From a bacterium (GTDB lineage: Bacteria; Patescibacteriota; Minisyncoccia; UBA6257): a stretch of DNA of 29,280 nt. The position numbers and the translations under genes are program-made. Position 1 is the stretch's first letter. Every line of letters begins with the position of its first letter. Shown piece after piece: positions 6,396-14,939 of this stretch. Location of the stretch: contig DAOVIY010000001.1 in assembly GCA_030673525.1 (NCBI GenBank), forward strand, positions 1 to 29,280. Direction: 5' to 3'. The notes below the pieces were generated by a model that had not been told where the DNA came from, did not search any database, and saw nothing but the letters and a program-made list of their open reading frames with translations.

Positions 6396-8483
6396 TCAGT
6401 ATAAACTCCGCGACGCGGTAATCTTTTTGGATTGCTTCGTATCGCCCTTTTGGTTTTGCCAAAAAGACAGATTTCGCAACAATAACAATAGAATCACCAT
6501 AAAACTACCTATAGACATCGCAAAGCCAATTTTATCCCAAATATTATAAGAATACTCTAAAGTTACTTCATTTTGAAAAGGAATTACCATCATAAAAGAT
6601 GGACTAATTAAATAAGGACCTTTTGCTCCTTTAACTTGCCAGCCGGGAAAATAACTATATTTTATTAAATGAGGCATTTCTAAATAATCAGTTGAAAAAA
6701 TCAAAGAATCATTTTTTATCTCTTTTATTTCAACGGTTGCATTCTCTGTTAGTTCCTTTTGCTGAAGATAGCCCCTTATATCCTCTAACTCTTTTTTATT
6801 TCGATAAAAAACTATGGGCTGAGATAGGTCCATTTTTTTATACCAATCAATTGACTCGTTTAACCATTCTTTTGTTTTCAATTTTAAGTTAATACCAGAA
6901 ACAACTTCAATTAAATCGGAATGTGGAATCTTATAAACTCTAAATCCGCCAACATCAGACAGTCTGATAAAATGTTCGTCAGCCAACTCTTTAATTTCAA
7001 ATGTATACGCGACAAAATATTGAGCTCCAAAATACTGCAAATGTTTTACTCCATTTTCAAAATTAAAAGAGGGATATTCTAATCCAGCAATAGCTGAAGT
7101 AGGCGTTTTGGTTGTCTCAGCTTGATTAATAAAATGAAAATAGCCAGAAATAGAAGACTCAATTAACAAACCTTCAAAAGTTGGTTTGTTAATAAAAATC
7201 GGCAGGTTTTCTAAAACGCGAGGAGTGCCAAATTTATCATATTCAGAACGATATTCCCACATTACCCTTCCATAAGGAAGATCTTTTAAATAATCTGAAA
7301 GACTTTTTAATTCTGGCCAGGCATCCTTGCTCTGCAATCCTTCATAATTCCATTTCATCCAAAAAGGAATATAAGAAATTGTTGAAGGAATATAGAAAAA
7401 TAACATATAGCCGGAAAAAACGAGCAAAACAATAAAAACAAATGGTTTTTTTATATATTGCATCCAACTTCCTAAAGTACACGCAGCAATCATCAAGCTA
7501 GCCATTAAAATAAATGGCAAAAATCTGGCATTCAATATGCTAGAATTATTAAGAAAAAGAAATGGTATTAAAGAAACGCAAATAATAAAAATAAGGGGAA
7601 AAAGTTTTTTGTCTTTTTTAAAAAAAGCATAAATGATTCCTAATATCGCAATAATCTGAAAAATCATTAAAGAAGTTGGAAAGATTTCTTCAAATTTAAT
7701 TATTTTAGTCCAACTCATTTTTGATGTATAAGAAAGAAGGCTTAAAAAAGGAAGTGACCAAAAAGCGGTAAAACCAAAAGCTAAACCAAAAACCTTAATT
7801 AAATACAAAAAAACCCTTTTTGCTTCTTTTTTTATTACACTTTGCAAAAAGATAATCACTGCAAATAAAACAGCAACCATGGCAGAGAAAGGATGGGATA
7901 AAATCATCAAAGAAAGAATAAAAATATTAATAACTAAATAACGATTTTCTTTTATTCCTTTTACTAATAAGCCAATAAATAAAAAGAAAAGAGCAAAAGC
8001 AAAAGAATATGAAAACACCCCTGATAAAGTACTTGGGATATTACCGCCATAAATAGAAAACTTTTCCAAAAACAAAAAGCTTAAGCTTAGAAGAGCTCCT
8101 AAAGAAGGGATAGGAAATTTGAAATCAAGAAATAATAAACAAAGAAAAACAGTCAAAGGTAAAAGAAATGTTCCTAAAAGTGTGATCAATTTAAAGGCAA
8201 TATTTAAAGGAATAACATAACTTAATAATATTGTTGTGTAATAAAGAAGTGGAGGGTAAAAATATAAAAAAGGAAAACCAGCATACCAATCAGGAGACCA
8301 CCATTTGATCTTTGGAAAAATCTCCTGAGCATAATAAACAACATAATTATGAGAACCTGTATCCCCTCCGCCAACCATTGTATCAGAAAAGATTAGATCC
8401 CATGGAATTTGAAGAATTAAATAACCAAAAATAAAAATAAAAATCAGAGCAACAGAAATCCTCTGAAATTTAAGGTATTTCAT
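6396..8483 (-). CDS. Polytopic GT-C-type glycosyltransferase-like membrane protein (YfhO / 'PTPS-related' membrane family)
   Basis: About 12 TM segments; GGDTGSH, WSPDWYAGFPFLYFYPPL and YFPGW motifs; overlaps the upstream GT2 gene by 14 bp. Confidence 0.75.
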   Translation of the reverse strand: MKYLKFQRISVALIFIFIFGYLILQIPWDLIFSDTMVGGGDTGSHNYVVYYAQEIFPKIKWWSPDWYAGFPFLYFYPPLLYYTTILLSYVIPLNIAFKLITLLGTFLLPLTVFLCLLFLDFKFPIPSLGALLSLSFLFLEKFSIYGGNIPSTLSGVFSYSFAFALFFLFIGLLVKGIKENRYLVINIFILSLMILSHPFSAMVAVLFAVIIFLQSVIKKEAKRVFLYLIKVFGLAFGFTAFWSLPFLSLLSYTSKMSWTKIIKFEEIFPTSLMIFQIIAILGIIYAFFKKDKKLFPLIFIICVSLIPFLFLNNSSILNARFLPFILMASLMIAACTLGSWMQYIKKPFVFIVLLVFSGYMLFFYIPSTISYIPFWMKWNYEGLQSKDAWPELKSLSDYLKDLPYGRVMWEYRSEYDKFGTPRVLENLPIFINKPTFEGLLIESSISGYFHFINQAETTKTPTSAIAGLEYPSFNFENGVKHLQYFGAQYFVAYTFEIKELADEHFIRLSDVGGFRVYKIPHSDLIEVVSGINLKLKTKEWLNESIDWYKKMDLSQPIVFYRNKKELEDIRGYLQQKELTENATVEIKEIKNDSLIFSTDYLEMPHLIKYSYFPGWQVKGAKGPYLISPSFMMVIPFQNEVTLEYSYNIWDKIGFAMSIGSFMVILLLLLRNLSFWQNQKGDTKQSKKITASRSLY

Positions 8484-9159
8484 AGTGATGAAATCTTATT
8501 ATTAATAAATCAAAAAACGTTTTCAATATACTGAAAAAATTAAAAGTTGACGATTGAAAAGAAAAAATCTCTTGCTCTACTACAGCTTTATTCACTGAAT
8601 AATTCAATTGTTTAGCCAAATAAAGTATTTCTATGTCAATTGCAAAACCATTGGTGAAACTAAGTGTAAATATCTTTTTCCCTTTTTCTGCAACAAAACC
8701 CTTCAAACCACATTGTGTGTCACGATATTTAAAACCAAATAAGATTTTTAATGCTAAATATAAAAAAGGCCTGAGCAGTTTTTTATAAAATCTATCATTA
8801 TAAAATCGTTCGCGATGACCCATTACTATAGATTTTTCCTTTTTTAATTCTTCAAATACTTTATCTATATATTCAACGCTAAAAGGCAGATCAGCATCAG
8901 TAAAAATCAAATATTTTCCTTGCGCTTTATTAAATCCTTTACGCAAACTGTACCCTTTCCCATAATTGATTTCATTTTCTAAATAAACAATTTTCTCACC
9001 AAATATATCTTTTATCTTTTTCGTATCATCTTTACTACCGTCATTAATTATAATAATCTCTGCCTGGGGAAAATATTCAATTAAAGATTGAATTGTATTA
9101 ATAATTAACTCTCCTTTTTCATAGGCGGGGATAATGATGGATAATTCTTTCTTTTCCAT
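8470..9159 (-). CDS. GT2 glycosyltransferase, polyprenyl-phosphate glycosyl synthase (DPM1/GtrB-like)
   Basis: SIIIPAYE, INDGSKD, NYGKG, FTDADL, DTQCGLKGF, GFAIDIEIL. Confidence 0.9.
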   Translation of the reverse strand: MEKKELSIIIPAYEKGELIINTIQSLIEYFPQAEIIIINDGSKDDTKKIKDIFGEKIVYLENEINYGKGYSLRKGFNKAQGKYLIFTDADLPFSVEYIDKVFEELKKEKSIVMGHRERFYNDRFYKKLLRPFLYLALKILFGFKYRDTQCGLKGFVAEKGKKIFTLSFTNGFAIDIEILYLAKQLNYSVNKAVVEQEIFSFQSSTFNFFSILKTFFDLLIIRFHHYEIP

Positions 9160-9206
9160 ATGAATTCATTATACTAATTTTATTTTATTTTTCAAAATCA
9201 GGAGGT

Positions 9207-9235
9207 TTGACAAAAAATTTAAAAACTACTATATT
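9207..9235 (+). promoter_or_regulatory. Sigma70 promoter of clpP
   Basis: TTGACA-17 nt-TATATT. Confidence 0.6.
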
Positions 9236-9274
9236 AAATGTATTACTATTATCACTATCACCTTAAACAAAAAT

Positions 9275-9889
9275 ATGAGTGATTCATTCCAAAAACCAAA
9301 TAATATGGTTCTTATCCCCACTGTTATTGAAAAATCCTCTATTGGAGAAAGAGTTTATGATATTTATTCCCGTTTGTTGAAAGAAAGAATTGTCTTCTTA
9401 GGAGGCCCAATTGATGACCCTCTAGCCAATACCACTATTGCTCAATTGTTATTTTTGGAACATCAAGACCCAAAAAAAGACATTCTCCTTTATATCAATT
9501 CCCCAGGAGGATCAGTTACTTCTACTCTGGCAATTTACGATACAATACAATATGTTAAATGTGATGTTTCTTCGCTTTGCTTGGGCATGGCTGCTTCTGG
9601 CGCTGCTGTCATCTTAGCTGCTGGTAAAAAGGGTAAACGTTTTGCTCTACCTAATGCAGAAATTCTTCTTCATCAGGTAATGGGAGAAGCCGGAGGACAG
9701 GCTACAGAAATAGAAATCGCGGCAAAGCAAATTCTCCGTGTCAAAAAACAATTAAATCAGATTTTGGCAAAACATACAGGACAACCTATCACAAAAATAT
9801 CAAAAGAAACTGACAGGGATTTTTGGCTTACTCCTGAAGAGGCAAAAGAATATGGAATTATTGATGAGATTATAAAAAATAAAAAATAG
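9275..9889 (+). CDS. clpP: ATP-dependent Clp protease proteolytic subunit
   Basis: [22 protein letters not shown], catalytic AAS / LHQ / DRD. Confidence 0.98.
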   Translation: MSDSFQKPNNMVLIPTVIEKSSIGERVYDIYSRLLKERIVFLGGPIDDPLANTTIAQLLFLEHQDPKKDILLYINSPGGSVTSTLAIYDTIQYVKCDVSSLCLGMAASGAAVILAAGKKGKRFALPNAEILLHQVMGEAGGQATEIEIAAKQILRVKKQLNQILAKHTGQPITKISKETDRDFWLTPEEAKEYGIIDEIIKNKK

Positions 9890-9903
9890 TAAAAAATTAA
9901 AAC

Positions 9904-10914
9904 ATGAAATTTAAAGAAATACCAACTAGTCCAACTCCTGAGAAAAAACCTTGGGAAAAAGAATTTGAAGAAAAAGTAAAAATAATTGAAGATTTAGACG
10001 CAGGGGAAGAAAAATTAAAAGAAATTGATGAAAAACGAAAAGACTTAGATGAAAGATATGAAGCAACAAATGATCAAGAAGAAAGAGAGAAAATAGAAAA
10101 AGAGCATGAGCAATTATCAAAACAAGCTAAAGAAATTGATAATAAAATATCAGGACTAGAAAAAGAAGTGGAAGAAAAGAAAAAAGATAAATCAGAAAAA
10201 GAAAAAATAAAAAAAGAACCGAAAAAAGAAAGAAAAAAACTTAATCTATTGGAAAGATATGAAAAACGCATAGAACTCTTATCAGATAATATCTTTTCAT
10301 CTCTTTATGAAGTAATAGGCCCCCTCCTATGGAACCAAGACCCAGAAGATCCTGACTACTATCTAGTGCAAAATCAATTAAAGCTTTCTAGAGAAGCCCC
10401 GGTTTGGGTTGAAAAAGAAACAAAGAAAAAAAAGTCCTCCTCTGCTAAAGCTACAGAGAATAAGGAAGAAAGACTAAAAAAAGGAAAGGGAGAAAAAGTA
10501 CCACCTGAAGAAAAGATCAAAGAACAATTAAAAGAAATGGAAGCTTCGTCAGTAATAGAAAAAATTCTCCAAGACCCTGAAGCATTGTCGAAAATTTTCC
10601 ATGAAGCTTTTGAGATTTCAAAAAATCCGGAAGTGCAGGAAAGATTTCAAGAACTTAAAGATACAGTAAAAAGAATAGCAAAGGAAAAAGAAGAAATCCC
10701 TGATTCTGTTGCTAAAGCAGCAGAGTTCATTAAAAAAGAAGAGGGAAACGAGAAAAAAGAATCTCAGTGGGGAACAGCTCTTGGAGCAATAGGTTGGTCA
10801 ATATTATTATTCATGGTTTTATTTATGTTACTAGAATTAAAAGGAATAAATTATCTTTTTGGGCAAACTACAGGTAAAAAGAAAGAAACAGGTAAAAAGC
10901 AAGAGAAAAAATAG
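9904..10914 (+). CDS. Lys/Glu-rich coiled-coil protein with C-terminal TM anchor, unknown function
   Basis: Highly charged low-complexity sequence; one hydrophobic helix GAIGWSILLFMVLFMLL near the C-terminus. Confidence 0.75.
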   Translation: MKFKEIPTSPTPEKKPWEKEFEEKVKIIEDLDAGEEKLKEIDEKRKDLDERYEATNDQEEREKIEKEHEQLSKQAKEIDNKISGLEKEVEEKKKDKSEKEKIKKEPKKERKKLNLLERYEKRIELLSDNIFSSLYEVIGPLLWNQDPEDPDYYLVQNQLKLSREAPVWVEKETKKKKSSSAKATENKEERLKKGKGEKVPPEEKIKEQLKEMEASSVIEKILQDPEALSKIFHEAFEISKNPEVQERFQELKDTVKRIAKEKEEIPDSVAKAAEFIKKEEGNEKKESQWGTALGAIGWSILLFMVLFMLLELKGINYLFGQTTGKKKETGKKQEKK

Positions 10915-10962
10915 GACACACAAAAAATTAAGTTAAACTATTAAATTTTAATAATATGTAAA

Positions 10963-11226
10963 ATGCAACAAAAATTTTTAAACAATTTTCCCCCCGAAAT
11001 CAAAAATACAGTTTCTCAATTATATGATACTATTTTAGAACGTTCGCTTATGCGAGCCTATAAAAATTTAGACGATGAGAAAAAAGCAATAATGGCAAAA
11101 ATATTCAATTCTGGTAATGAAAAAGAAAAAAATAATTTCTTAGATAACTATTTAGGAAATTTGCAAGATATTATGATGGAAGAAACAAAAAAGATAGTAA
11201 TGGAAATAAAACAAACAACCCGCTAA
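10963..11226 (+). CDS. Small helical hypothetical protein (resembles CPR DUF5663-type proteins)
   Basis: 87-aa ORF co-oriented with the clpP operon; family resemblance is from memory only. Confidence 0.6.
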   Translation: MQQKFLNNFPPEIKNTVSQLYDTILERSLMRAYKNLDDEKKAIMAKIFNSGNEKEKNNFLDNYLGNLQDIMMEETKKIVMEIKQTTR

Positions 11227-11234
11227 TTAGCGGG
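11219..11234 (-). terminator. Palindrome; probable terminator of the tRNA-Gly transcript
   Basis: CCCGCTAATTAGCGGG perfect palindrome followed on the minus strand by TTGTTTGTTTTATTT. Confidence 0.6.
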
Positions 11235-11249
11235 CCCTTTTAAAACTAA

Positions 11250-11286
11250 AGCGGCAGACCGGACTTGAACCGGCAATTTTCTCGTT
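11250..11286 (-). pseudogene. Orphan tRNA 3' half (positions ~37-73, Gly-type acceptor)
   Basis: AA-CGAGA-AAATT-GCCGG-TTCAAGT-CCGGT-CTGCCGC-T: intact T-arm and C70-G71-C72-U73; no 5' half nearby. Confidence 0.8.
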
Positions 11287-11294
11287 CTTTACAG

Positions 11295-11365
11295 AGCGGG
11301 GTACGAGAATCGAACTCGCGTCTCGACATTGGCAATGTCGTATATTACCACTATACTAACCCCGC
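11295..11365 (-). tRNA. tRNA-Gly (GCC)
   Basis: GCGGGGT...ACCCCGC-T; anticodon arm CGACA-TTGCCAA-TGTCG. Confidence 0.95.
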
Positions 11366-11490
11366 AATATTAAAATTTTATAAGCTTTTACTGGATAAAT
11401 CAATCCAAACTAATATTTTTTCTTTTATTTATCTGCTGTTACATATTATCATACAGATTTCATTGGTCAATCTTTGTCATAATGTAAAGG

Positions 11491-11519
11491 TTGACTTTTA
11501 AAAATTTTGGCTTTATGAT
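11491..11519 (+). promoter_or_regulatory. Sigma70 promoter of dksA-like gene
   Basis: TTGACT-17 nt-TATGAT. Confidence 0.65.
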
Positions 11520-11539
11520 AGAATGTTTCTATTAAAACT

Positions 11540-11923
11540 ATGGACAAAAAGACTTTTTCTGAATTAAAAAAGAAATTAGAACAAGAACGAACCCTTTTAG
11601 AAAAGGACCTGTTAAAATTTGCCGATAAAGATAAGAAGATATCTAATGATTATGACACCAGATTCCCAAATTTTGGAGGTCGTTCTTCTGCACCTGATGA
11701 AGACGCCAAAGAAGTAGAAATATATGAAAATCTATTGGCCGTAGAATACGCTTTGGAACTTCGACTTAAAGAAGTTAACGAGGCTTTAGAGAAAATTAAA
11801 AAAGATAATTATGGCCATTGTGAAATTTGTAAAAAAGATATTAAATTAGACCGTTTAAAGGCTAACTCTGCGGCTAAAACTTGCATAGCTTGCAATAATA
11901 AAAACAAACCACAGGAGAAATAA
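11540..11923 (+). CDS. TraR/DksA family C4 zinc-finger protein
   Basis: Coiled coil plus ALEKI..YGHCEIC..I..RL.A..AKTCIAC. Confidence 0.9.
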   Translation: MDKKTFSELKKKLEQERTLLEKDLLKFADKDKKISNDYDTRFPNFGGRSSAPDEDAKEVEIYENLLAVEYALELRLKEVNEALEKIKKDNYGHCEICKKDIKLDRLKANSAAKTCIACNNKNKPQEK

Positions 11924-11942
11924 ACTATAAAATATTCAAAAA

Positions 11943-11988
11943 AGCGACGGGTACATAAATTATATTATCTAAAATATATTCCGCCGCT
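11943..11988. terminator. Probable bidirectional terminator between dksA-like and M23 genes
   Basis: AGCGACGG...CCGCCGCT stem (perfect with one G-U on the minus strand), flanked by A/T runs. Confidence 0.55.
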
Positions 11989-12071
11989 ATTTTTGATTTA
12001 GAAACCACTTTGATTAAAATAGAAAAACAAACAGAATAAAACGAAATTTCCCTGGAATCAATATTAATAAT

Positions 12072-13148
12072 TTATCTTTTTACAAAAGGATTCTGGGCTC
12101 CCCTAACTTCAAAATGAAGATGACAACATTCAGCATTCCCTGTGTCACCCATTTTTCCTATTAAATCTCCTTGATAAACCTTATCTCCCTCTTTTACAGA
12201 TAATTCGCTTAAATGACCATAAACAGTCGTAACGCCATTATAATGTTGAATCTTAACTAAATTCCCATATCCGTAATTATATCTTCCTGTTCCTTTAGCC
12301 TCAACTACCATCCCATCAGCAGCAGCATAAATAGGGCTTCCACAAGAACTAATAATATCAACTGCATTGTAATAATGAAAAATCCCCCTATTCCAACCGC
12401 CAGAAGTAGGATAAGCAAAAAAACCATCAATCTTTGGCCAATGACTAACATCAATTGTCATAGGTTTAAGCCCAGCAGATAATGATAGAGAAGTAGTTGA
12501 AGAAAGCCGACCATTTGGAATAATAAGTTCTTGGCCAATTTTTATAGAACCTTCGTCTTTTAAATCATTAAAAATAAATATATCATCAGATGATGCCCTG
12601 TATTTTCTAGCTATAGAAGATAATGTGTCTCCTTTTTTAACTATATGCATTACTCCTGAAATTGGAAGAATGATAAGCTCCTGATTAGGTTTAATTATAG
12701 AGCTGGATTTTAAATTATTAACCCATAAAATTGTATTTAAACTTACTCCAAAATTTGCCGCAATTCTGCCCGGTGTATCTCCTTCCTGCACTATATAGGT
12801 AAAAACTGTATGACGCTGAGATGAAGGTAACAAAAATTTAACAGGAGAATTAATACCCAAAAAACTATCACTGTTTATAATAATTAAAAAATTCTGCTCA
12901 ACTGAATTATCCGTTTCAAAATCACCTTCAATAATTTGACTTCCATCTACACTCAAACATTCATGGTAGGCATAAGCTGTCTTCGCAAATGAACTACCTT
13001 CTAAAATGACGGGGCAACCGTCTTCTTTTATTAAAAACTCTTCTCCTTCTTTTTGAAGAAACATAATTTGAGAAGAAAGATAAGAATTGCCAAAAAATAA
13101 AGAAAGTAAAAATAAACCCATTACTATCTTTAATAAAGATGATGACAT
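12072..13148 (-). CDS. Secreted LysM(x2)-M23 peptidoglycan peptidase
   Basis: N-terminal hydrophobic segment; YIVQEGDT and HIVKKGDT LysM domains; HYYNAVD, YGHL, HLHFEV. Confidence 0.92.
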   Translation of the reverse strand: MSSSLLKIVMGLFLLSLFFGNSYLSSQIMFLQKEGEEFLIKEDGCPVILEGSSFAKTAYAYHECLSVDGSQIIEGDFETDNSVEQNFLIIINSDSFLGINSPVKFLLPSSQRHTVFTYIVQEGDTPGRIAANFGVSLNTILWVNNLKSSSIIKPNQELIILPISGVMHIVKKGDTLSSIARKYRASSDDIFIFNDLKDEGSIKIGQELIIPNGRLSSTTSLSLSAGLKPMTIDVSHWPKIDGFFAYPTSGGWNRGIFHYYNAVDIISSCGSPIYAAADGMVVEAKGTGRYNYGYGNLVKIQHYNGVTTVYGHLSELSVKEGDKVYQGDLIGKMGDTGNAECCHLHFEVRGAQNPFVKR

Positions 13149-13225
13149 TAAATGGTTGATACTTCTTATCTTTTTCTTAAGTTGTATTTTCCAGGTAAAA
13201 ATGGTAATTTAGAATAAATGCTATT

Positions 13226-13245
13226 AAAAAAGCCTTTTTGAAGGC
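13226..13245 (-). terminator. Short hairpin + T6 upstream of the M23 gene
   Basis: GCCTT-CAAA-AAGGC-TTTTTT on the minus strand. Confidence 0.45.
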
Positions 13246-13282
13246 CTTATCAGTAATTTTAACAAAATTATTTTTAATGTCA

Positions 13283-13313
13283 ACCCCGTCAGAAATAATA
13301 CTTCTAACGGGGT
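13283..13313. repeat. GC-rich palindromic element
   Basis: ACCCCGTCAGAA-ataatac-TTCTAACGGGGT; abuts a minus-strand TTGACA at 13278-13283. Confidence 0.75.
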
Positions 13314-13334
13314 AAAGAAAATATATTCTTTAGT

Positions 13335-14018
13335 CTATTTGGTTAAATTAGGAAAATCTATTTTCTTACAATTAAGCATTGCACCTTCTGAAATTTTTGG
13401 TTGACCTCCAGTTAGACCAAAATCCTGTAAAAAAGCTATGATTTCTCCTGTTTCATTATTTACAATTCTCACAATACCAAACGGGACTTTACTGCTAATC
13501 CATATCTCCATATCGTTTTCATCTATAAACTTAGCTATTTGAATTATTTTTCCAGTTACAGTAGTAAAAGTACCATAAGTATATTCATTATTTGGACTAT
13601 ATTTTTCTGGTGTTTTAATGGCTGGAAGTAAAGAATTAAATGAAGGTATAAGTATATTCATTAAAGAATCATCTATGCAAATCACTTCGTTTTTCCCTTC
13701 TAATTTGCTAACTATCTCCACTATCTCGTTTGACTTTTGATCCCGCCATACCTGCGTAATTGCACTCTTGTTTCCAGAAACAATTGACTCAATTTCTACT
13801 CCATATGTTGGTATATTATGAATAATCTTTTCCCCTAAATAAACTAATTTCTGCAAATCTTCTGCGCCATTCATAATTTCAGACCAAGCGCCTTCTTCTG
13901 GTTTTAAAAATCCAGCGTAAAGATTTTGATTACCTCTGCTTCTTATAAACAAAACCGCTATAATTGCTATGATAGCCAAACCAATGATAATCAAATTTTT
14001 GTATGTTTTTTTATTCAT
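13335..14018 (-). CDS. Membrane-anchored/secreted hypothetical protein
   Basis: N-terminal basic + hydrophobic anchor, beta-rich soluble domain (EIWISSKVPFGIVRI). Confidence 0.75.
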   Translation of the reverse strand: MNKKTYKNLIIIGLAIIAIIAVLFIRSRGNQNLYAGFLKPEEGAWSEIMNGAEDLQKLVYLGEKIIHNIPTYGVEIESIVSGNKSAITQVWRDQKSNEIVEIVSKLEGKNEVICIDDSLMNILIPSFNSLLPAIKTPEKYSPNNEYTYGTFTTVTGKIIQIAKFIDENDMEIWISSKVPFGIVRIVNNETGEIIAFLQDFGLTGGQPKISEGAMLNCKKIDFPNLTK

Positions 14019-14071
14019 TATTTTTATATAATTATTATGCTTACCTTTCTATTTTACCATTATAAATCCCT

Positions 14072-14893
14072 TTGTCAAAATTCTATATGATAACAAGAAA
14101 ACAAAAAAAATTAGGACAAGTTTTCCTTAAAGACAAAAAAGTTGTTCAAAAGATTATTCAAGCAATAAATATTAACTCTAAGGATCAAATTTTAGAAATT
14201 GGGCCGGGGAAAGGCATCTTAACCCAAGTCCTTTTAAAAACTGACGCTGAAATAATTGCTGTTGAAAAAGATCCAAAATTAGTAAAATTTCTTGAAAGTC
14301 ATTTCAAAAACAAATCAAATCTAAAAATTATCCAAGGAGATATTCGAGACTTTCTTCAAACCACTGAATATAAAATATTGAATACCGGATATAAAGCAAT
14401 AGGTAATATTCCTTATTATTTAACTTCGCATCTTCTGCGTTTACTTTTAGAAAACCCAATTAAACCTTCTTTAATAGTTTTAATGATCCAAAAAGAAGTA
14501 GCTGAAAGAATAACAGCCCAACCACCAAAAATGAATCTTCTATCTGCTTCTGTGCAATTTTACGCTCAACCGAAAATTCTTTATAATATCTCAAAAACCG
14601 CTTTCAATCCAAAACCTAAAGTTGACTCTGCTGTTATTAAAATAACTCCAATAAATACAAAAGAAAATATGGATAAAACACAAATAAAAGATTTCTTTAG
14701 TATTGTAAGAGCTGGTTTTAAACAACCAAGAAAATTACTTATAAATAATTTAAATAAAAATTTAAATTTAGAAAAATATTTTGTTCAAAAGATATTTTTG
14801 AAATTAAATCTTCCCTTCAATACCAGGGCACAAAATCTTTCCATAAAACAATGGGTTTCTCTTTCTTCCTTGTTAATCAAAAATATTGTATAA
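14072..14893 (+). CDS. rsmA: 16S rRNA dimethyladenosine transferase RsmA/KsgA
   Basis: LGQVFL, EIGPGKG, AVEKD, GNIPYYLTS, MIQKEVAERI, PKPKVDSAV; true start may be ATG 14087. Confidence 0.97.
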   Translation: MSKFYMITRKQKKLGQVFLKDKKVVQKIIQAININSKDQILEIGPGKGILTQVLLKTDAEIIAVEKDPKLVKFLESHFKNKSNLKIIQGDIRDFLQTTEYKILNTGYKAIGNIPYYLTSHLLRLLLENPIKPSLIVLMIQKEVAERITAQPPKMNLLSASVQFYAQPKILYNISKTAFNPKPKVDSAVIKITPINTKENMDKTQIKDFFSIVRAGFKQPRKLLINNLNKNLNLEKYFVQKIFLKLNLPFNTRAQNLSIKQWVSLSSLLIKNIV

Positions 14894-14939
14894 TAAAATT
14901 GTGTAATTATAATTAAGAAAAATATAAAAAATCATTAAT

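Noticed and set aside
6048-6892. ORFs 6048-6233 and 6692-6892
   Set aside because: Antisense to tig and to the GT-C gene
9595-9612. ClpP has AASGAA rather than AASMGA
   Set aside because: The catalytic Ser/His/Asp are intact; a plausible lineage variant with no sign of inactivation
9926-10271. Minus-strand ORFs 9926-10120 and 10074-10271
   Set aside because: Antisense shadows of the K/E-rich gene
11280-11294. CTGTAAA read as a tRNA-Tyr anticodon loop for the orphan half
   Set aside because: No pairing 5' stem; the acceptor end (CCGC-U73) is Gly-type, not Tyr-type
11265-11501. 78-aa plus-strand ORF
   Set aside because: Reverse complement of tRNA-Gly and the tRNA half
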